Below, piece after piece: positions 19,607 through 28,205 of a stretch of DNA of 64,000 bases. Both the position numbers and the translations under genes were made by a program. The notes under the pieces were generated by a model. The model was not told the DNA's origin. It ran no database searches and worked only from the letters and a program-made list of their open reading frames with translations. This DNA comes from Tannerellaceae bacterium (GTDB lineage: Bacteria > Bacteroidota > Bacteroidia > Bacteroidales > Tannerellaceae). Within the stretch, counting starts at the first letter, position 1. Each line of letters opens with the position of its first letter. The stretch lies in NCBI GenBank assembly GCA_031555505.1, contig JAVBUH010000007.1, positions 25,378-89,377 on the forward strand, given 5' to 3'.

Positions 19607-20851
19607 TTATTCATAATGCAACGCCTCAGCCGGTTGTATCTTCGTAGCCAAACGGGCAGGATACCAGATACCGATCATGATCATGATAGCCAGCAATAAA
19701 ACAGTAATGGATATACCAACCAGGAAGCGTAAAATACCAAAAGGCATCAGATAGGTTCCTACAATATCCATCAGACCGACATTGATACAAATGATTCCGG
19801 CCGGGATCATGGCCAGTGCCAACAATACCAACCCTTCGCCAATGAGTATAGACATCAATCCGCGGCGTGTTTCCCCTAAAGCAATGCGTAATCCCATTTC
19901 CCCTTTCCGGTATTGTGTACGGAACCAGAACGTACCGATAATACCCAGGAAGATATTCAGCAACAAAAAGCCTAAGACGGAAAGTTGTGAACGGACTTCG
20001 TTCATGTCTCGTTTCAGGTAACTGGTGCGCAACAGGTCAAAGCTTACGATATCCATCAAATACAGGTTGCCTACACGCATTTGTGTTTTCATATCCTGAC
20101 GGAACCGCTTGGCAAAGTCTTTATCCGCTTCGGGTGAGACGCGGATGCATAGCTCGATATACTGAACCATATTGCGATCCAGCTTGGCTACCTCGGCAGC
20201 ATCCATCAACAGAAAGTAGGTATTCTCCCGCTTATCAAATTCCAGGTAACGGAAAGAATGGGTAACAGCCGCTACCTTTCTGGCTACATCCACAGAGCTG
20301 GAATGTACAAATGGCTTACCCAATCCCGGTTGGTCGCCATACATCTCCTTCTCCATCTCCGCCGATATAACTACATTGGTAGCACCGGCTTCTACCTGGA
20401 CATCTTTCCCTTCTTTGGTTTTCACGCGGAATACCTGAAAGAATCCGGGAGTAGCATGCCGTTGATGGCCAGCCACATACCGGGTCGTATCTTCTCCGAC
20501 TAATTGGTAAGAGTTTCCCTGGCTATAGGGAACGGAAAAGAAAGAAAGACAGGCTGCTTCAATACCCGGATAGTTGCGGACACGGTCCAACACTACCTGT
20601 AAGTCCTCGCCGGAAGTGGTTGTCTTCGTTTCCGCCGGTATATATTCGGCGCTTTTAGACGTCAGCTCACGCATCATCAACTGATACGTATGATCGATCT
20701 CCGTACCGGTAGGCTGGTAATAGGTATAGGCCGTAACACAAAAGAAATCAACGATGAACCACAAGAAAACAGACACCAGCAGGAGTTCGGCCCACAGCCA
20801 GGTATTACTCTTCCGCTGATTCCATATCATTGTAAGCAAATGCTTTATCAT
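19607..20851 (-). CDS. FtsX/MacB-type ABC permease, class A, pair 3
   Basis: 414 aa with N-terminus MIKHLLTMIWNQRKSNTWLWAELLLV. Coupling loop RKGEMGLRIALGE. C-terminus QPAEALHYE. Confidence 0.88.
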   Translation of the reverse strand: MIKHLLTMIWNQRKSNTWLWAELLLVSVFLWFIVDFFCVTAYTYYQPTGTEIDHTYQLMMRELTSKSAEYIPAETKTTTSGEDLQVVLDRVRNYPGIEAACLSFFSVPYSQGNSYQLVGEDTTRYVAGHQRHATPGFFQVFRVKTKEGKDVQVEAGATNVVISAEMEKEMYGDQPGLGKPFVHSSSVDVARKVAAVTHSFRYLEFDKRENTYFLLMDAAEVAKLDRNMVQYIELCIRVSPEADKDFAKRFRQDMKTQMRVGNLYLMDIVSFDLLRTSYLKRDMNEVRSQLSVLGFLLLNIFLGIIGTFWFRTQYRKGEMGLRIALGETRRGLMSILIGEGLVLLALAMIPAGIICINVGLMDIVGTYLMPFGILRFLVGISITVLLLAIMIMIGIWYPARLATKIQPAEALHYE

Positions 20852-20874
20852 AGATTTTCAGAATTAAGCTGTTA

Positions 20875-22167
20875 TTAATTATCCTTCAACGCTTCCACAA
20901 TATTCATCACTGAAGCCCGATAGGCCGGGATACCGGCAGAAAGCAGGTTGAGAACCAGGCAAAACAGGAAAGCATACACAAACACCATGGGGTTCAACAT
21001 CATCTCCAGATTCACTGAAGCCGATCCATTGACCAATGACGAGACAAACGTATTGGATTCTCCCAACAGCCAGCCACGCAAAAGGAAGAGCGCCCCGTAG
21101 GAGAGTAATAATCCTACAATACCTCCCAGGAGTGTCAGGATGAGGTTTTCATACAACACCTGTCCCAGCAGTTCACCTTTCGTTGCCCCAAATGCTTTGC
21201 GAACGCCAATCTCTGCCATCCGCTTCCGCATCCGCGACAAAGTCATCCCTGACAGGTTGATCGCCGGAACAAGCATCAACACAAGTAAAACAATCGTATA
21301 CCGGATCATTAACGCCTTTATGTCGGGCGCCCGGTTGGCAGCGAAACGTTCCATCCGCACAAAATGGGTATCGGGTTGATCCAAAAGCTCGTAATCCATA
21401 TCCGTCAGCGTAGCATTGTACTCCTTTACCCTGCCTGCTATTTCCGAACGAATCGCTTCAAAATCATTTCTGCTTTTAGCCAACATATACACCCGATACC
21501 CTCCGAGTATATTCTCGGCATAACTCATATTCAGGATATCTTCCGTAGAATAAGGAGCCCATATCTGCGCATAAGATGATTCGGCCAGTGTGGAAACATC
21601 CCTTACAACAGCGCAAACAGTAAACTCATCGTAACTCAACAACAGCTGTTTGCCCACTACATCAGTGGTCCCGAACAACCGACGCGCCACCCCTTCCGAA
21701 ATAACGGCCTGTTTGATGCCGGATACAACATCCGCATCCGTAAACGCCTTTCCGCCGATAAAGCTAAAATCAAATACCCGCCAGAAAGCAGCGTCACAGA
21801 AAAGGACATCGCACACAAACTCTTCAGACGATCCTCCGGGTAAAGACGCCAGTTTCATCGCCCCCGGAGCAAGCACAGTGGTAGCTTCCGGAGTCTTCAG
21901 ATCAGTATATACCGACTTAACTGTCGTCATCGAAAGCATTGCATGGCTGGCTCCGTCGCCGACACGATCTTTGGCCCGCCCCCATTGCACATACATGGTA
22001 CGATCGCGTTTGGTTTCCGGCTGGTAGTTGGCATTCCTCACCTCGTAAATGATCACAATGATCATGATCATGCAGATAGCGAATGCCGTCCCCAGGACAG
22101 AGATCACACTGAGGAGCGGATTTTCCTTCAGCATGGCGATGGCTTGTTTGAAATAGACTTTATACAT
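20875..22167 (-). CDS. FtsX/MacB-type ABC permease, class B, pair 3
   Basis: ORF 20875..22233 trimmed to ATG 22167 (MYKVYFKQAIAMLKENPLL) by homology with B2. Coupling loop RKRMAEIGVRKAFGA. C-terminus IPAYRASVMNIVEALKDN. Confidence 0.85.
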   Translation of the reverse strand: MYKVYFKQAIAMLKENPLLSVISVLGTAFAICMIMIIVIIYEVRNANYQPETKRDRTMYVQWGRAKDRVGDGASHAMLSMTTVKSVYTDLKTPEATTVLAPGAMKLASLPGGSSEEFVCDVLFCDAAFWRVFDFSFIGGKAFTDADVVSGIKQAVISEGVARRLFGTTDVVGKQLLLSYDEFTVCAVVRDVSTLAESSYAQIWAPYSTEDILNMSYAENILGGYRVYMLAKSRNDFEAIRSEIAGRVKEYNATLTDMDYELLDQPDTHFVRMERFAANRAPDIKALMIRYTIVLLVLMLVPAINLSGMTLSRMRKRMAEIGVRKAFGATKGELLGQVLYENLILTLLGGIVGLLLSYGALFLLRGWLLGESNTFVSSLVNGSASVNLEMMLNPMVFVYAFLFCLVLNLLSAGIPAYRASVMNIVEALKDN

Positions 22168-22245
22168 AACGATGATTGAGCTATATACGATTACTTTAAT
22201 ACGTTTCCCGGGGTACGGCACGCTTGATGCCAAATGGCAACCGGC

Positions 22246-22911
22246 TTATTGTACCTGGCGGCCGTCGAAGAAGCGAACGGTGCGGCTGGTTTGCTTCGCC
22301 TGGCGTTCGTCGTGCGTTACCATCACGATGGTACGGTTGTCTTCCTTGTTCAGTTGGTGGAGGATCTCCATTACTTCGGCACCCATCTTACTGTCGAGGT
22401 TACCGGTAGGTTCGTCGGCGAGGATAATGTCGGGATTACCTACAATGGCACGGGCGATAGCTACACGCTGGCACTGACCGCCGGACAACTGTGTGGGGAA
22501 GTGGCGCATACGGTGGCTCAGACCTACCTTTTCCAATACGGCTTCGGCAGCCTTGCGGCGTTCGGATGCAGAGACCTTGCGATACAGCAACGGCAGCTCC
22601 ACATTGTCCAATACGTTCAATGAGTTGATCAGGTGGAAACTCTGGAACACAAAACCAAGCTGTTTGTTACGGAAAGCAGCCAATTCCTTATCGCTCATTT
22701 TGACGGTATTGACACCGTTGATCTCCACTGCTCCCGTTGTCGGAGCATCGAGCAAGCCGATAATATTCAGCAAAGTGGATTTACCGCAACCCGAAGGCCC
22801 CATGATGCTGAGGAATTCACCTTTCAACACTTCCATGTTTACGTTTTCAAGGGCTACCGTTTCGATTTCCTTGGTACGATAGATTTTCTGCAAGTTCGTT
22901 AATTTAATCAT
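22246..22911 (-). CDS. MacB/LolD-type ABC transporter ATP-binding protein (the only ATPase in the array)
   Basis: 221 aa with Walker A GPSGCGKST, Q-loop FVFQ, signature LSGGQCQRVAIARA, Walker B ILADEPTGNLD and H-loop MVTHD. Confidence 0.93.
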   Translation of the reverse strand: MIKLTNLQKIYRTKEIETVALENVNMEVLKGEFLSIMGPSGCGKSTLLNIIGLLDAPTTGAVEINGVNTVKMSDKELAAFRNKQLGFVFQSFHLINSLNVLDNVELPLLYRKVSASERRKAAEAVLEKVGLSHRMRHFPTQLSGGQCQRVAIARAIVGNPDIILADEPTGNLDSKMGAEVMEILHQLNKEDNRTIVMVTHDERQAKQTSRTVRFFDGRQVQ

Positions 22912-22958
22912 GACTGTAATTTTTAGATGTTATTATTAATTGTTATTATCTTTATTAT

Positions 22959-23051
22959 AAAGGCCTCAAGGGCTTTAAGGGCTACAAAGGCCTTAAGGAC
23001 GGGCTACGCATTAGCGCTCAGGACTTAGACATTAAAGCCTTTGAGGCCCTT
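22959..23051. repeat. Intra-operon stem-loop plus five tandem 9-mers in the 144-nt gap between permease A4 and the ATPase gene
   Basis: AAAGGCCTCAAGGGCTTTA (22959-22977) pairs with TAAAGCCTTTGAGGCCCTT (23033-23051), giving a 19-bp stem with 2 mismatches. Tandem 9-mers aaaggcctc/aagggcttt/aagggctac/aaaggcctt/aaggacggg occupy 22959-23003. An AT-rich tract at 22912-22958 precedes the ATPase start. Confidence 0.7.
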
Positions 23052-23055
23052 ATCC

Positions 23056-24315
23056 TTACTCATACCTTAAGGCTTCCGCCGGAGGCAGGTTTACCGCTTT
23101 GCGTGCCGGGAACCAGACTCCCAGGCAGATCATGCCTCCCATCAGTGTGTATGTGAATACCGTCACACACAAGAATCGCCAGAGCGACAAAGACAGGCGG
23201 GTCGTTTCCATCAGATCTACAAAAGCCAGGTTCGCTATCAGAAAGAGAATGATCGGGATAGTAATACCTAACAGGCAAAGCCCTTCCCAGTTCACATAGC
23301 CATATAATCCTCTTTTGCTTGAGCCTAAGGCTACCCGAAGCCCGATCTCACCACGGCGGTATTGCGTACGCAACCAGAAGGTGCCGATAATGCCGAAAAA
23401 TACGTTGACAAGCATAAAGGCCATCATGGCTATTTTGATCTTCATCCGTTGTTCATAGCCCCGGACTTTCTCTTCGCGTTGCTGTGTGAGTATCTTGGCG
23501 CCGTATACATAGAGGTTGTTCACCGTTAGGCGATCGCCCATCGATTCCAGGAAACGGTTCATATCGGCGCTGGTATGTATCTGCTTCATCCGGACGCACA
23601 ACTCCACATTGGAAGCTCCATGCTGGGCGATGAACGCTTCCAGGTCGCTCCCTACCAACACATCATAAAAACAAGGGTTACTGATCTCATAGTTGCTCAT
23701 CCGTATCGGTTCGGAAACGGCCGAAACGGTGATCTCTTTCTCATCTCGCTTCACCTTCCGTCCTTTACCGCTTTGCGTACCGAAAAACTCGGTTTCCATA
23801 TCGGCAGATATAACCATGGAAGACCTGTCCGTATTTATTTGGGAAGCTATCAGACTCCCGTTTTTATCTTTTGATCGGAATACGGAAAAATACTCCGGTG
23901 TCACCTTGCGCATCTGAAAAGAGCGGGAAGAAAGCCCTGTTGTGTCGCCATCGATAGCGTCAATGGTTGTGTACATAGCCCCAAAGGCATACGGCACGGC
24001 AGAGAGGCTAAGGGAAACCGCCTCCACTTCGGGGCTCTGTCGAATCAGGTCGGCCAGCCGGAGCAAATCTTCCGCTTCAGTTGTTGTCTGTTGTTCTTCC
24101 GGAATATAACCCACAGAACCCTCATTCAGCATTTGCTTTTTCAGCCGGAACGTATTTTCGATATCGAAGCCAAGCGGTTGGTTGTATACTACCACATCAA
24201 CAAGGAACACGTCCACAAGCAGCCAGAGTACGCCAATCACCACCAGGAGTTCGCCAAACAGCCAACCATTGGAGCGGCGTTGTTTCCATATTATTTTGAA
24301 TATCTGCTTAAACAT
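23056..24315 (-). CDS. FtsX/MacB-type ABC permease, class A, pair 4
   Basis: 419 aa with N-terminus MFKQIFKIIWKQRRSNGWLFGELLVV. Coupling loop RRGEIGLRVALGS. C-terminus PPAEALRYE. Confidence 0.88.
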   Translation of the reverse strand: MFKQIFKIIWKQRRSNGWLFGELLVVIGVLWLLVDVFLVDVVVYNQPLGFDIENTFRLKKQMLNEGSVGYIPEEQQTTTEAEDLLRLADLIRQSPEVEAVSLSLSAVPYAFGAMYTTIDAIDGDTTGLSSRSFQMRKVTPEYFSVFRSKDKNGSLIASQINTDRSSMVISADMETEFFGTQSGKGRKVKRDEKEITVSAVSEPIRMSNYEISNPCFYDVLVGSDLEAFIAQHGASNVELCVRMKQIHTSADMNRFLESMGDRLTVNNLYVYGAKILTQQREEKVRGYEQRMKIKIAMMAFMLVNVFFGIIGTFWLRTQYRRGEIGLRVALGSSKRGLYGYVNWEGLCLLGITIPIILFLIANLAFVDLMETTRLSLSLWRFLCVTVFTYTLMGGMICLGVWFPARKAVNLPPAEALRYE

Positions 24316-24339
24316 ACGTCTATCGTTTTGAAGGAGTTT

Positions 24340-25593
24340 CTAATCGTTATCTTTTAAGGCATCCACAATAGGCTGACGGGCTGTGCGGATAGCTGGGATT
24401 GTTGAGCTGAGTAGGTTGAGCAGAAGCACAAACAGCAATGCAATAGCGAAAGTTGCGGGCTGGAACAGCATACCGGCAGTTACAAAAGCGCCGTTCAGCA
24501 GGAGGAAGCCCTTACACAGATCGAGCAGTATAAAAGACAACACAAGTCCGATCACCCCCCCGATACAGGAAGTCACACAACTTTCGCACACAATCTGCAT
24601 CCACAGCCGGTTATACGTAGCTCCAAAGGCTTTGCGTACACCTACTTCGCTACGACGGCGCTGTACGGTTGATTGTGTAACACCCGTCAGGTTCAGTGCA
24701 GGCAGTAATAACAGGAACAGCAGGATAGCCCCTTTTTCGAGGATAAATTCTTTCATTGTCACCTTCCTGAATCCGCCGCCACCCATGGCGATCACCGCAC
24801 GGGTTGTCGGCGCATTGGGGAAATCAACCGTCTGCGTTGCATTAGTATCATTCAACGCTTGTTTGCGTTTTTCCACCTCTGCCCGGATAACCGGGAAATC
24901 TTTTTTGTCTTTTGCCAAGATGAGGACCTGGAAAGAACCGACAAAGCCATAGCGGGAAGTCAGCAACTCCGGATCCGTAGTATAAGGAATCCATATCTCA
25001 CTAAATGAATCGCTCGCCTGCCGGCTTACTTCCTTTACCACACCGCGGATCGTAAATTCGCGCGAATCCATAAGGACTGTCTTACCGACAACCTCTGTTG
25101 TTCCAAACAAATCCTTTGCCACTTTTTCGCTGATCACCATGGCTGCGATACCCGACTGGTGATCGGCTTCGGTAAACGGTGCGCCCTGTATAAACTGAAA
25201 GTTAAATACTTTCCAGAAGCCCGGATCAGTAGCCTTCCGGGCATACTCCTGAAACAGACGCTTCCCCGGAAGAGAAAGGGGGCGGTTGTCTGAAGCAACG
25301 GCAGTCACCGCCTCGGCAGTCTCCAGAGGATAGAAGACCTCCTTTACCACCTCGAGCGACATCACACCATGGTTGGCAAAGGTATGGTCTTTAGACTCCA
25401 CGGCGGTACCATATACATAGAGTGTCCGGTCGCGGTTATTCTCGGGAGAGAAATTGGCCAGATCAATCTGGTAGATCAGCACCACGAGCATAATCATTGC
25501 GATCGAAAGTGCCGTACCCAGGATGGAGATCGTGCTGACGAGCGGACTCTCTTTCAGTATTTGGATGGCCATTTTTATGTACTGCTTCAACAT
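24340..25593 (-). CDS. FtsX/MacB-type ABC permease, class B, pair 4
   Basis: 417 aa with N-terminus MLKQYIKMAIQILKESPLVSTISILGTALSIAMIM. Coupling loop RRRSEVGVRKAFGA. C-terminus IPAIRTARQPIVDALKDND. Confidence 0.88.
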   Translation of the reverse strand: MLKQYIKMAIQILKESPLVSTISILGTALSIAMIMLVVLIYQIDLANFSPENNRDRTLYVYGTAVESKDHTFANHGVMSLEVVKEVFYPLETAEAVTAVASDNRPLSLPGKRLFQEYARKATDPGFWKVFNFQFIQGAPFTEADHQSGIAAMVISEKVAKDLFGTTEVVGKTVLMDSREFTIRGVVKEVSRQASDSFSEIWIPYTTDPELLTSRYGFVGSFQVLILAKDKKDFPVIRAEVEKRKQALNDTNATQTVDFPNAPTTRAVIAMGGGGFRKVTMKEFILEKGAILLFLLLLPALNLTGVTQSTVQRRRSEVGVRKAFGATYNRLWMQIVCESCVTSCIGGVIGLVLSFILLDLCKGFLLLNGAFVTAGMLFQPATFAIALLFVLLLNLLSSTIPAIRTARQPIVDALKDND

Positions 25594-25646
25594 TGGACTA
25601 AATTTTAGTATAAGTTTATTATAAATAGACTTTACGGATCATATCA

Positions 25647-26906
25647 CTATTCATACCGCAACGCTTCTGCAGGGGGAAGACTGGCGGCTTTACGGGCGGG
25701 GAACCAGATAGCCAGGCAGATCATACCGGCCATCAGCAGGTAGGAACCGGCTGTTGCACGCAGGAACCGCCAGGCAGACAACTCCTGCCGGGAAGTTTCC
25801 AGTATATCCATCAGTGCCAGATTCAGGATCAGGAAAAAGATAGCGGGCAGGGTGAGCAGTAACAGGCAAAGGCCTTCGTTGTTCATAAACCGGTATAATC
25901 CACTCCGGCTCGATCCGAGCGCGATACGCAGCCCGATCTCGTTCCGGCGGTATTGCGTACGCAACCAGAAGGTACCAATGATGCCGAAGAATACATTCAC
26001 CAGCATGAAGGCCATCAGGGACAGACGGATCTTTGTAGCGTCGCCATTCCCGCGAATCATATCTTCGCGTTGGCGGTCGAATTTCCTCGCCCCATAGACG
26101 TAGAGGTTGTTCACCGTCAGCCGGTCGCTGATCGATTCGAGGAACCGGTTCATCTCTTCGGGACTGTAGTCTTTCTTCATCCGCACACACAACTCGGCAC
26201 GGGAAGCGCCGAAGTTCTCGACGAGATCCGTGAAATCATTCCCTACTTGTACATAATAAAAACTGGGCTCACTGATTTGGTAATCCGTTAAACGTATCGG
26301 TTGGGATACGGCGGAAACGACTACTTCTTCTTCATCCCATTTCACGCTTCTCCGTTCACCGCTTTGTTTGCCGAAGAAACGGGTTTCCATATCGGCCGTA
26401 ATCACGATGGAAGAACGGGTGGTTTCCAGTTGCGGTACGATCGGATCGCCGTTTTTATCTTTAACACGGAAAACGGTGAAATATTCCGGGGAGACATTGC
26501 GTATCTGGAAGGATTGGCTGGACAATCCGGTAGTATCGCCATCCACCGGCTCGATATTGGTCCAGGAGTTGCCGTACGAATACGGGCAGGAGAAATAGGT
26601 CACGCAAATCTCTTCCACTTCATTGCTCAACCGGATCTGGTCCATCAGCCTCAACAGGTCGTCGGCCTCGGTGGTCGTGCGCTGGTCGGCAGGGATAAAA
26701 CCGGGCGCCTGCTGGTTCAGGTCGGCCAGTTTGAGGCGGAAGGTGTGGGAAATATCGAAGCCTAACGGCAGGTTGTACGTGCGTTTTTCAACCAAATAAA
26801 CATCCATCATCACCCAAAGCACGCCCATCACCACCAATAATTCAGCAAATATCCAACCATTCGAGCGACGTTGGTTCCATATCATTTTGAGTATCTGTTT
26901 CCACAT
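25647..26906 (-). CDS. FtsX/MacB-type ABC permease, class A, pair 5
   Basis: 419 aa with N-terminus MWKQILKMIWNQRRSNGWIFAELLVV. Coupling loop RRNEIGLRIALGS. C-terminus PPAEALRYE. Confidence 0.88.
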   Translation of the reverse strand: MWKQILKMIWNQRRSNGWIFAELLVVMGVLWVMMDVYLVEKRTYNLPLGFDISHTFRLKLADLNQQAPGFIPADQRTTTEADDLLRLMDQIRLSNEVEEICVTYFSCPYSYGNSWTNIEPVDGDTTGLSSQSFQIRNVSPEYFTVFRVKDKNGDPIVPQLETTRSSIVITADMETRFFGKQSGERRSVKWDEEEVVVSAVSQPIRLTDYQISEPSFYYVQVGNDFTDLVENFGASRAELCVRMKKDYSPEEMNRFLESISDRLTVNNLYVYGARKFDRQREDMIRGNGDATKIRLSLMAFMLVNVFFGIIGTFWLRTQYRRNEIGLRIALGSSRSGLYRFMNNEGLCLLLLTLPAIFFLILNLALMDILETSRQELSAWRFLRATAGSYLLMAGMICLAIWFPARKAASLPPAEALRYE

Positions 26907-26933
26907 ATCTGTAGTTCTTTTTGCAGGTGAATA

Positions 26934-28187
26934 CTATTCTACATCTTTCAGTGAGTCTACAATAGGCTGCCGGGTGATCCGTATAGCCGGGATCGATGCG
27001 CTCAGCAGGTTAAGCAGCAGGACAAAGCTGAAAGCGATCAGGAATGTGCCGGGTTTGAGCAGCATTTCAACATTCAGCATCGTGTTGTTGCCCAACAGGA
27101 AACCCTTACATAGCTGGAGCAGTGCAAAGGAGAGGGTGAAACCGATAACTCCGCCGATCAGGGAGATTACCAGGTTTTCACTGATGATCTGCCGGAATAA
27201 AACGGCACGCGTAGCACCAAACGACTTGCGGAGCCCCAGTTCGCCACGGCGTCGCTGGACGGACGATTGCGTGACGCCGGTCAGGTTCAAGGCCGGTACC
27301 AGCAACAGGAACAATAGCAGGGAGCCCCGCTCTGCCCAGAAATCCAACGTGGTTCTTTTCCTGAATCCGTTCCCTCCCATGGCTACATCTGCCTGGGTAA
27401 GCAATCCGGTTGGAAAACTAACATCCACTTCCGTATCGGCGGCGTTCAACTGCAACCGGCGCTTTTCCAGTTCATCGCTGATCGCCTGGAAATCGCTTCT
27501 GTCTTTTGCCAGGATACAAATACTAAATGTGCCTGCTTTAGTCTGCCGGGAACTCATGAACATTTCGTTGGTGGTATAGGGAAGCCAGATTTCTCCCCAG
27601 GATTTGTTGGCTTGCCTGCTTACCTCCTGTACGACGCCACAGATCGTATATTCAAGGAAATCCATGATGATGGCCTTTCCCACCACATCGGTCGTACCGA
27701 ATAATTCGCGGGCCAGCTTGTCGTTCACCACCACAGAACGGATGCCCGAATCGAAATCGGCCTCCGTAAATGGCTTGCCCTGCAGGAATTCGAAATCAAA
27801 CACTTTCCAGAATGCCGCATCGGTATATAACAGGGCATATTCCTTATACAATCTCTTTCCGGGAAGGGATACCGGACGGTTGTCCGTTGCCGTAGCGGTC
27901 ACGGCGGCCGGTGTCTGGAGAGCATAGAAATATTCTTTCACTACCTGGTGCCCCATTCCACCGCGGTTACGGTTGGACTTATCCTTTTTTTCCACCTCGG
28001 TCCCGGATATATACATCATCGAACCACGGTTGGTTTCCGGACGGAAGCCTACCAACTGCACCTGGTAAACCAATACCACGATCATGATCATAGCGATCGA
28101 AAGCGCCGTCCCCAGGATGGATATCGTGCTGACGAGCGGATTCTCCCGAATCGTCTGGATGGCCATTTGTATATAATGCTTCAACAT
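26934..28187 (-). CDS. FtsX/MacB-type ABC permease, class B, pair 5
   Basis: 417 aa with N-terminus MLKHYIQMAIQTIRENPLVSTISILGTALSIAMIM. Coupling loop RRRGELGLRKSFGA. C-terminus IPAIRITRQPIVDSLKDVE. Confidence 0.88.
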   Translation of the reverse strand: MLKHYIQMAIQTIRENPLVSTISILGTALSIAMIMIVVLVYQVQLVGFRPETNRGSMMYISGTEVEKKDKSNRNRGGMGHQVVKEYFYALQTPAAVTATATDNRPVSLPGKRLYKEYALLYTDAAFWKVFDFEFLQGKPFTEADFDSGIRSVVVNDKLARELFGTTDVVGKAIIMDFLEYTICGVVQEVSRQANKSWGEIWLPYTTNEMFMSSRQTKAGTFSICILAKDRSDFQAISDELEKRRLQLNAADTEVDVSFPTGLLTQADVAMGGNGFRKRTTLDFWAERGSLLLFLLLVPALNLTGVTQSSVQRRRGELGLRKSFGATRAVLFRQIISENLVISLIGGVIGFTLSFALLQLCKGFLLGNNTMLNVEMLLKPGTFLIAFSFVLLLNLLSASIPAIRITRQPIVDSLKDVE

Positions 28188-28205
28188 CGGTCTGAATATT
28201 AGTAG

